A stretch of 24,880 bases of DNA from positions 1 to 24,880 of the IMG/VR virus record IMGVR_UViG_3300020044_000107. One strand, written 5' to 3'. The notes beneath the pieces were generated by a model. The model did not search any database, was not told the DNA's origin, and saw nothing but the letters and a program-made list of their open reading frames with translations. Below are positions 18,827 to 24,880 of this stretch, piece after piece. The stretch is from a virus. Lineage: Duplodnaviria; Caudoviricetes. The position numbers and the translations under genes were made by a program. Every line of letters starts with the position of its first letter. Positions within the stretch are counted from its first letter, which is position 1.

Positions 18827-18853
18827 GGTATAATAAGAATAAAGGGGAAATAT

Positions 18854-19204
18854 ATGTCGCATTTTGCAAAAGTTTGTGATGGTAAAGTAGTTCAAGTTAT
18901 CGTTGCAGAAAAAGAATTTTTTGATACATTTGTTGATTCAAGTCCTGGTGCTTGGATACAAACATCTTATAACACTCAAGGAAATCAACATCCTGAAGGC
19001 AAACCATTAAGAGGTAATTATGCTGGTATTGGTTATACATACGATTCAGCTAATGATGTATTTTATGCACCACAACCATTTGCTTCATGGCTTTTAAATG
19101 AAACAACATGGACTTGGGAAGCACCTATACCAATGCCAACTGATGATAAAATTTATATTTGGGATGAAGCTACTACATCTTGGTTAGAAGTTAATGTTAA
19201 TTAA
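18854..19204 (+). CDS. Conserved phage protein following glycine-rich fibres, possible fibre assembly/chaperone partner
   Basis: MSHFAK...WIQTSYNT...LRGNYAGIGYTYD...DVFYAPQPFASW...WEAPIPMP...YIWDEATTSW, a Trp/Pro-rich type I recognise from aquatic phages. SD AAGGGG. Function is inferred from position. Confidence 0.6.
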   Translation: MSHFAKVCDGKVVQVIVAEKEFFDTFVDSSPGAWIQTSYNTQGNQHPEGKPLRGNYAGIGYTYDSANDVFYAPQPFASWLLNETTWTWEAPIPMPTDDKIYIWDEATTSWLEVNVN

Positions 19205-19385
19205 ATTAACTAATGCAGTAGAAGAATTTGAAGATAAAATATTATTAATAAATACTGATCATATTATTACTTTTTATGAATCAATGATTGATGATAAAAT
19301 AGTAACTAATATATTTTCTACTACCCAACATAATTGGCAAGTGAAAGAATCAATAGATACTATTTATAGTATAATTAATAAATAA
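19194..19385 (+). CDS. 63-aa protein resembling the FlbD/SwrD family
   Basis: M-x-IKLT...ILLINTDHI...T...VKESIDTI matches the FlbD pattern MIxLT...LNxDxI...T...VKESxxxV. Overlaps the previous gene. Confidence 0.45.
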   Translation: MLIKLTNAVEEFEDKILLINTDHIITFYESMIDDKIVTNIFSTTQHNWQVKESIDTIYSIINK

Positions 19386-19446
19386 GATAAGACCATCGCA
19401 TTGCGTCAGAGAGATGCTTGCGTTATTAACCTTGTAAGGAAAAAAA

Positions 19447-19926
19447 ATGGCTATCTTTAATAAAAATACACTTCAACAAGTGTCGGGCTTTGATAATGAA
19501 ATCATTGCTGGCGAGCTTGTCTATAATCAAAAAACTTTTTGGAATTTAGCATTTAATACTGATGGCACACCTGTTGATTTAACAGACGCTACAATAGATG
19601 CTACTATCATTCGCAGAGAGTTATCTAATATCCATGATAGTCGTTATGGTCTAACTTTTGACATAGCTGATTATGATCCTACTCCCGAACCCGTTGCATT
19701 AAGCATTGAAAATGTTGATGGCGCGGCAGGCACTTTTACTTTAGTTATTGATGAATCCACTTGGGATATTATTGATAGCGATCCTCAACTCGACATTAAT
19801 GCTGAAAATTGTGTAGGCTTTAGTGGTCGTATTAAAATTGGTTTCCCATCTTCAGGTTCAACTCCCGCTCAAGATATTATTATATTCTTATTATTCCTAG
19901 TTAGATCAGATGGCGTGGTGAACTAA
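19447..19926 (+). CDS. Virion structural protein, likely side-fibre anchor/collar (BppU-N / T5 LtfC-like)
   Basis: Acidic beta protein with DGTPVDLTDATIDATI and GTFTLVI. Stop abuts the collagen gene start. SD AAGGA. Confidence 0.5.
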   Translation: MAIFNKNTLQQVSGFDNEIIAGELVYNQKTFWNLAFNTDGTPVDLTDATIDATIIRRELSNIHDSRYGLTFDIADYDPTPEPVALSIENVDGAAGTFTLVIDESTWDIIDSDPQLDINAENCVGFSGRIKIGFPSSGSTPAQDIIIFLLFLVRSDGVVN

Positions 19927-22317
19927 ATGGCTAATTACAATATAGATGTCATAGATAGCAATACAATTAATGTCAATGTAACTCCTACTTCTGCAACTGA
20001 AATCACGATTGATCGTGGTATTCAAGGATCACAAGGTCCTCAAGGTCCTACTGGTCCTACAGGCGCGGCTTCTACTGTTCAAGGTCCTACAGGGGCTACA
20101 GGCGCGACAGGCGCTACAGGAAATATTGGACCTACAGGAAGTCAAGGAAATCAAGGACCTACAGGCGCAATAGGACCTACAGGTGCTATTGGACCGACTG
20201 GCAGTCAAGGGATTCAAGGACCTACTGGCATACAAGGACAAACAGGACCACAAGGCGTTCAAGGAATTCAAGGTGTAGAAGGTCCGATAGGCGAAACAGG
20301 CGCTACAGGACCACAAGGGAATATCGGTGATACTGGACCGACAGGCGCACAAGGAAATACTGGCGCACAAGGTCCTACAGGTGATCAAGGTTTAATTGGA
20401 CCTACAGGCGCTAAAGGCGATACAGGCGATCATGGTCCTACAGGACCACAGGGCATACAAGGTATTCAAGGACCAATTGGTGATACAGGACCTACAGGCG
20501 CTCAAGGCGACATAGGACCTACAGGAACACAAGGTGAAATTGGTGCAACTGGACCTCAAGGTGAAGTCGGTCCTACAGGCGCGCAAGGTGATATTGGAGC
20601 TACAGGACCTACAGGAATTCAAGGCGACATTGGTCCAACTGGTCCACAGGGAATACAAGGAATTCAAGGCATACAAGGTGAAATTGGACCTACTGGCATT
20701 CAAGGCGATATTGGACCTACAGGTCCTACTGGAGCTGAAGGCGCACCATCAACTGTGGCTGGACCTACTGGAGCTATTGGTCCAACTGGCGCACAAGGTG
20801 ATCAAGGTAATATAGGACCTACTGGTCCGCAGGGAGTTCAAGGTGATCAAGGATTTGTCGGTCCAACTGGACCACAAGGTGATATAGGACCAACTGGCGC
20901 TCAAGGTAATCCAGGCGCGGGTGGAACTATAGCTGACTGGGGATCATTTTGGGATACTACAACTCAATCTGCAATTATCAATACTGCAACCGCAATAACA
21001 TTTAATAGTTACGATCCTGATTCTTATAATGTATCTATTGGATCACCTACTTCAAGAATTGTATTTGCTGAAACAGGAACTTATAGTCTTACTTTTTCTA
21101 TTCAATTTACAAACACTAGCACCGCTTCAGGAACAACTCAAGTTTGGCTAAAGAAAAATGGCACAAACATTCCTGATACCAACTCTCATTATGATGTTCC
21201 TGATAAACAAGGAAGTGCATTTTCATCACAAATATTAACTGTCAATTTTGTATTTGAAATAACTGCAAATGATTATATACAATTATTTTGGCAGACTACT
21301 AATGCAAATGTTTATTTAGAAACTATTGCCGCAAGCGGTAATTATCCTTTAACTCCTTCAGTTATTCTTACTGCAACACAAGTAACCTATACACAAAATG
21401 GACCGACAGGTGTGCAAGGACCGACAGGCGCGGCAGGTGGCACAGGACCTACAGGTCCGCAAGGAATACAGGGAATACAAGGCATTCAAGGTGATGTAGG
21501 ACCGACAGGACCTCAAGGTGAGATAGGTCTTACTGGACCAACTGGTGCAGATTCTACAGTCGCAGGACCTACTGGTTCTCAAGGGGCAATAGGACCAACA
21601 GGATCACAGGGTATTCAAGGTAATGTTGGACCAACAGGACCGCAAGGCATACAAGGCGATCAAGGCATACAAGGTGTTATAGGACCAACTGGACCTCAAG
21701 GAATTCAAGGGGATGTAGGACCTACAGGTAGCGTAGGACCAACTGGTCCACAAGGTAATATTGGACCAACAGGCGCGGCAGGAACAAACGGAAGCGTAGG
21801 TCCGACAGGACCGCAAGGAAGTATTGGACCTACTGGACCGCAAGGTGATCAGGGTATTCAGGGTGTGGCTGGCGATACTGGCGCACAAGGACCAACTGGA
21901 CCACAAGGAAACGCTGGAGCTACAGGTGGCATTGGACCTACAGGACCTCAAGGAAGTGTAGGACCTACGGGAGCTGGCGGACCAACTGGACCACAAGGAA
22001 TTGTAGGACCGACTGGATCAAATGGACCTACTGGACCTCAAGGCGTGCAAGGCATACAAGGTATTCAAGGCAATACAGGTGCGGGTGGACCGACAGGACC
22101 GACAGGAAGCACAGGCATTGTTAATTATGATTTATTTACTGCTACTGCTTCACAAACAACATTTACAACTTCAGCGACATATACATCGGGCAAAATAAAT
22201 GTATTTGCAAATGGTGTTAGAATGGTAAACGGAACTGATGTAACAGTTACAAGCGGAACTCAAGTGGTATTTGCTACAGGATTAACAGTAGGAACAAGGG
22301 TTGATCTAGTATATTAA
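19927..22317 (+). CDS. Collagen-like fibre: two Gly-X-Y stalks, internal BclA-C/C1q-like domain, small C-terminal beta domain
   Basis: Gly-X-Y repeats dominated by [12 protein letters not shown]. Internal globular domain [10 protein letters not shown]...[11 protein letters not shown]...[13 protein letters not shown]...ANDYIQLFW. Confidence 0.9.
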   Translation: MANYNIDVIDSNTINVNVTPTSATEITIDRGIQGSQGPQGPTGPTGAASTVQGPTGATGATGATGNIGPTGSQGNQGPTGAIGPTGAIGPTGSQGIQGPTGIQGQTGPQGVQGIQGVEGPIGETGATGPQGNIGDTGPTGAQGNTGAQGPTGDQGLIGPTGAKGDTGDHGPTGPQGIQGIQGPIGDTGPTGAQGDIGPTGTQGEIGATGPQGEVGPTGAQGDIGATGPTGIQGDIGPTGPQGIQGIQGIQGEIGPTGIQGDIGPTGPTGAEGAPSTVAGPTGAIGPTGAQGDQGNIGPTGPQGVQGDQGFVGPTGPQGDIGPTGAQGNPGAGGTIADWGSFWDTTTQSAIINTATAITFNSYDPDSYNVSIGSPTSRIVFAETGTYSLTFSIQFTNTSTASGTTQVWLKKNGTNIPDTNSHYDVPDKQGSAFSSQILTVNFVFEITANDYIQLFWQTTNANVYLETIAASGNYPLTPSVILTATQVTYTQNGPTGVQGPTGAAGGTGPTGPQGIQGIQGIQGDVGPTGPQGEIGLTGPTGADSTVAGPTGSQGAIGPTGSQGIQGNVGPTGPQGIQGDQGIQGVIGPTGPQGIQGDVGPTGSVGPTGPQGNIGPTGAAGTNGSVGPTGPQGSIGPTGPQGDQGIQGVAGDTGAQGPTGPQGNAGATGGIGPTGPQGSVGPTGAGGPTGPQGIVGPTGSNGPTGPQGVQGIQGIQGNTGAGGPTGPTGSTGIVNYDLFTATASQTTFTTSATYTSGKINVFANGVRMVNGTDVTVTSGTQVVFATGLTVGTRVDLVY
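20017..20925 (+). repeat. Collagen Gly-X-Y repeat, segment 1 (~100 triplets)
   Basis: 9-nt periodic GGN codons, with interruptions GAASTVQ and GAPSTVA. Confidence 0.92.
21400..22116 (+). repeat. Collagen Gly-X-Y repeat, segment 2 (~79 triplets)
   Basis: 9-nt periodic GGN codons, with one interruption GADSTVA. Confidence 0.92.
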
Positions 22318-22337
22318 TAACTAAAGGATAAGATAAG

Positions 22338-23384
22338 ATGAAGATAGCGGTATATGCCATATCAAAGAATGAAGAACAGTTTGTAAAAAGATTTTGTGAA
22401 TCAGCTAAAGACGCAGATTTAATTTTAATAGCAGATACAGGATCAACTGATAACACAATTAAGTTATCTAAAAAACATGGTGCGGTTGTTTATGATATAG
22501 CAATTAGCCCTTGGCGCTTTGATAAAGCTCGCGATGCGGCATTAGCACTTATTCCTAAAGACTTTGATATTTGTATATCATTAGATTTAGATGAAGAATT
22601 GCAACCAGGATGGCGCGAAGAAATAGAAAGAGTATGGAAGGATGACACTACTCGATTAAGATATAAATTTGATTGGGGTGTCGGCATAGTTTTTTATTAT
22701 GAGAAAATTCATGCTAGACATGGTTATCATTGGCATCATCCATGCCATGAATATCCAGTAGCAGATAAAAGAATTAAAGAAGTATGGGCGCAAACAGATA
22801 TGTTGCTTGTGATCCATAAACCTGATCCAATTAAATCAAGAGGACAATACCTTGATTTATTATTATTGGCGGTTACTGAAGATCCTAGATGCCCTAGAAA
22901 CGCTTTTTATTATGCAAGGGAGCTAACCTTCTATCATAAATGGCTTGATGCAGTAGTGGCTTTAAATAAGTATTTAGATATGCCTGAAGCTACTTGGCAA
23001 AATGAAAGATGTTATGCCATGAGGTTATTAGGTAAATGCTATGATGCTTTAGGTCAGAATGGCATTGAATGGTATAAAAAGGCTTGTAAAGAATCGCCTA
23101 ATACTCGTGAACCTCATGTTGAATTAGCTGAATCATATATGGCTAAAAAGATGTGGCGCGAATGTTATGAAGCCGCATTAAAAGCATTAGAGATAAAAGA
23201 TAAAGAATTAGTTTATACAATGCGACCTGATGTATGGGGTGCGTTGCCACATGATTTAATTGCGTTAAGCGCTTATTATTTAGATATGAAGTGTGAAGCG
23301 CGACATCATGGTGAAATTGCGTTAGAATTAGAACCTGATAATGAAAGGTTAAAAACTAATCTTGAGTTCTACAGAAACGATTGA
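22338..23384 (+). CDS. Glycosyltransferase family 2 (GT-A fold) with C-terminal TPR repeats
   Basis: IAVYAISKNEE, IADTGSTDNT, WRFDKARDAAL, ISLDLDE (DxD), WHHPCHE; TPR-like helices PRNAFYYAREL, YAMRLLGKCY, PNTREPHVELAESY, ALELEPDNERL. Confidence 0.92.
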   Translation: MKIAVYAISKNEEQFVKRFCESAKDADLILIADTGSTDNTIKLSKKHGAVVYDIAISPWRFDKARDAALALIPKDFDICISLDLDEELQPGWREEIERVWKDDTTRLRYKFDWGVGIVFYYEKIHARHGYHWHHPCHEYPVADKRIKEVWAQTDMLLVIHKPDPIKSRGQYLDLLLLAVTEDPRCPRNAFYYARELTFYHKWLDAVVALNKYLDMPEATWQNERCYAMRLLGKCYDALGQNGIEWYKKACKESPNTREPHVELAESYMAKKMWRECYEAALKALEIKDKELVYTMRPDVWGALPHDLIALSAYYLDMKCEARHHGEIALELEPDNERLKTNLEFYRND

Positions 23385-23556
23385 TGATCATTTCGATTTT
23401 CTACAAAATAAAACAATCAAAGATATTGGCGCTGATTATTTCGATGGTAAAAATTATTTGGTTATTTTACTATCTGATGGCTCTGTTGCTTATATATCTA
23501 GCGGCAACAATGATGGTAGTCTTTATTTGGCTATTGAAAAGCATCTTATCAATTAG
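23362..23556 (+). CDS. Hypothetical protein (64 aa)
   Basis: TTG start overlapping the end of the glycosyltransferase gene. Protein-like composition (LQNKTIKDI...YLVILLSDGS) and fills the gap to the next gene. Confidence 0.5.
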   Translation: MSSTETIDDHFDFLQNKTIKDIGADYFDGKNYLVILLSDGSVAYISSGNNDGSLYLAIEKHLIN

Positions 23557-23570
23557 TAGAAAGAAATAGA

Positions 23571-23804
23571 ATGGATATGAATTTAATTATTAACATCGTA
23601 TTAGGTGTTTGCCTGTCGGTTGGTGGTTGGTTTGTTAGACAAATGTGGGATGCGGTTCAAAACCTTAAAGAAGATATACAAAGAATTGAAGTAGAATTGC
23701 CAACTAATTATGTTCGTAAAGCTGATCTTGATGCTAGATTAGATAAGATAGACGATACTCTCGAAAAAATATTTGACAGGTTAAATTCTAAAGCCGATAA
23801 ATAA
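23571..23804 (+). CDS. Single-TM plus coiled-coil protein, holin/lysis-associated candidate
   Basis: Hydrophobic N-terminus LIINIVLGVCLSVGGWFV, then heptads and NYVRKADL...LEKIFDRLNSKADK. Located at the end of the structural operon. Confidence 0.55.
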   Translation: MDMNLIINIVLGVCLSVGGWFVRQMWDAVQNLKEDIQRIEVELPTNYVRKADLDARLDKIDDTLEKIFDRLNSKADK

Positions 23805-24182
23805 ATGTCAAAAGACAAGATAAAACATCAAGCTTACTGTCAAAAATATCGAGAAAATAATCGTGCATTAGTCCTTTTAGGTCAGGCTAGATATCGATCC
23901 AAGAAAAAAGGTATTGAATTTAATTTAGAATTATCCGATGTAGTTATTCCCAAAGTATGTCCTGTATTAAAAATCCCTCTTACTGCTGGAAGTTCTAGCG
24001 GTGGTCCTCGCGGATGTTCACCCTCATTAGATCGTATTGATAACACTAAAGGTTATATTAAAGGCAATGTCCAAGTTATTAGTCATAAAGCTAATACAAT
24101 GAAGCATTGCGCTGATAACAATGAATTGATATTATTTGCTAATTGGATTAAAAGAACTTATAGAAAGGTCATAGATGAGTAA
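23805..24182 (+). CDS. HNH-like (His-Me finger) endonuclease
   Basis: ARYRSKKKGIEFNL...CPVL...SPSLDRIDNTKGYIKGNVQVISHKANTMK, a phage HNH-variant pattern. Confidence 0.75.
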   Translation: MSKDKIKHQAYCQKYRENNRALVLLGQARYRSKKKGIEFNLELSDVVIPKVCPVLKIPLTAGSSSGGPRGCSPSLDRIDNTKGYIKGNVQVISHKANTMKHCADNNELILFANWIKRTYRKVIDE

Positions 24183-24387
24183 ATATAGTGAAGCTGGTAA
24201 AGGATCAAATCCTAAACTTAAACAAAAAAGCTTATATGATGAGAACTATGAAAAGATTTGGGGTAATAAAAAGAATAAGCTTTATGAAGAACGCTACTAT
24301 GATTCCGATGAAACAACTTCATGGGATCAAGATAAGGCTGATATGATTGGTCTTAATAACAACACAGGCGATCATTACATCAAATGA
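24175..24387 (+). CDS. Small hypothetical phage protein (GKGS motif)
   Basis: Overlaps the HNH stop; SD AAGG. AGKGSNPK...YDENYEKIWG resembles a recurring small phage protein pattern. Confidence 0.6.
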   Translation: MSKYSEAGKGSNPKLKQKSLYDENYEKIWGNKKNKLYEERYYDSDETTSWDQDKADMIGLNNNTGDHYIK

Positions 24388-24415
24388 TCTCATAATTGAT
24401 ACCATATCGTATCAA

Positions 24416-24448
24416 ATAAAAAAGGGGCATTTTAAGCCCCTTAATTAT
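24416..24448 (-). terminator. Rho-independent terminator at the convergence of the two transcription units, probably bidirectional
   Basis: AAGGGGC (24422-24428) / GCCCCTT (24436-24442) stem. The A-run at 24418-24423 gives a U-tail on the - strand; AT-rich tail on the + side. Confidence 0.78.
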
Positions 24449-24464
24449 ATATATAATGTATATA

Positions 24465-24536
24465 TTATTTGTTCATTACATACATCGTTACTTCGAAACC
24501 AAATCTCATTTCTGTTGCTGAAGGTGTAGTCCACAT
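24465..24536 (-). CDS. pqqA: PQQ (pyrroloquinoline quinone) precursor peptide PqqA, 23 aa MWTTPSATEMRFGFEVTMYVMNK
   Basis: Read by hand on the - strand: ATG at 24536, TAA at 24467-24465, SD AGGAG 6 nt upstream. Has the PqqA consensus MW-x-x-P...R-x-G-F-E-V-T-M-Y with Glu15 and Tyr19 (ExxxY). Confidence 0.95.
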   Translation of the reverse strand: MWTTPSATEMRFGFEVTMYVMNK

Positions 24537-24619
24537 AATAAGCTCCTAAAGTTATATAGAATTTTCATTCTACAAACTCATTGTTTCATATTGAGTGAAA
24601 ACAAACCTCAAGAAAATCA
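24537..24619 (-). promoter_or_regulatory. pqqA leader: SD AGGAG, GAAA-tetraloop hairpin and short inverted repeats
   Basis: On the - strand TAGAAT-GAAA-ATTCTA (24572-24557); ACTCA/TGAGT (24576-24596); TTGAG-N11-CTCAA (24591-24611). TAGAAT could also be a -10 box. Confidence 0.4.
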
Positions 24620-24847
24620 TTAAAATGGTAGGTCAGCTTTACTTTCTGATCCTGCACCATCTTTAGGTTGAGGTTCTCTCATTGTTACCCAGCCATCAAA
24701 ATTGACAGGGATTGATTCAATAAGAAGTGAAGTGCCGCCTTGTTTATTAGACATTGCAACTCCGACTTTAGTCCAGCGAGCTTTTGTTTCGCCTTCTTTG
24801 TTTACATATTCGCCTGTTTTAGCGATTAGATCATGGGTTATTGCCAT
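24620..24847 (-). CDS. Small single-stranded DNA-binding-like protein
   Basis: GEYVNKEGETKARWTKVGVAM beta-hairpin pattern, then a flexible tail ending in DLPF, like the SSB C-terminal tip DIPF. Confidence 0.65.
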   Translation of the reverse strand: MAITHDLIAKTGEYVNKEGETKARWTKVGVAMSNKQGGTSLLIESIPVNFDGWVTMREPQPKDGAGSESKADLPF

Positions 24848-24878
24848 CTTGTATTTTCTTTAATTTATTTATTTTAGT
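24831..24878 (-). CDS. Possible 3' end of an upstream gene (...TKINKLKKIQDGNNP*), truncated by window edge
   Basis: The only - strand frame open from the window edge; it ends at TGA 24833-24831, overlapping the SSB-like start. Too short to assign. Confidence 0.3.
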   Translation of the reverse strand, partial: TKINKLKKIQDGNNP

Positions 24879-24880
24879 TT

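Noticed and set aside
20029-21996. Several antisense and alternate-frame ORFs inside the collagen gene
   Set aside because: By-products of the 9-nt Gly-X-Y periodicity; repetitive Cys/Arg/Ser translations and no SD.
23381-23569. 62-aa alternate-frame hydrophobic ORF
   Set aside because: Overlaps 23362..23556, which has a more protein-like composition. Not fully excluded, since it starts at an ATG overlapping the glycosyltransferase stop.
24347-24529. 60-aa + strand ORF from the track
   Set aside because: Runs through the terminator and antisense to pqqA, which has the SD and the family motif.
1-24880. CRISPR arrays, tRNA/rRNA genes, integrase, IS elements, stop-codon reassignment
   Set aside because: No repeat-spacer pattern, cloverleaf or recombinase motif seen; genes tile the window under the standard code with TAA, TAG and TGA all used as stops.

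Overview
AT-rich tailed-phage (siphovirus-type) sequence. Positions 1-24390 on the + strand form one tightly packed morphogenesis operon: terminase large subunit C-terminus, HK97-type portal, prohead protease, two tandem paralogous HK97-fold capsid proteins, neck genes, tail tube, tail chaperone pair with a likely non-canonical -1 frameshift, lambda-type tape measure, tail-tip genes with an embedded GNAT, a J-like tip protein, two paralogous glycine-rich fibres, a long Thr-rich (GPT) collagen fibre followed directly by a GT2-TPR glycosyltransferase, a holin-like membrane protein and an HNH-like nuclease. After a terminator near 24430 the strand switches. The - strand carries an SSB-like gene and, missed by the ORF track, a 23-aa PqqA peptide (MWTTPSATEMRFGFEVTMYVMNK, 24465-24536) with its own Shine-Dalgarno site. 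PqqA is the ribosomal precursor of the cofactor PQQ, so this points to a methylotroph host (Methylophilaceae-like, inferred) and to a phage that supplies the consumable substrate of a host cofactor pathway. Other highlights are the collagen/glycosyltransferase pair (possible virion glycosylation), the dual capsid genes, and codon-pair avoidance of several restriction-type sites. All family calls come from motifs recognised by eye; no searches were run.
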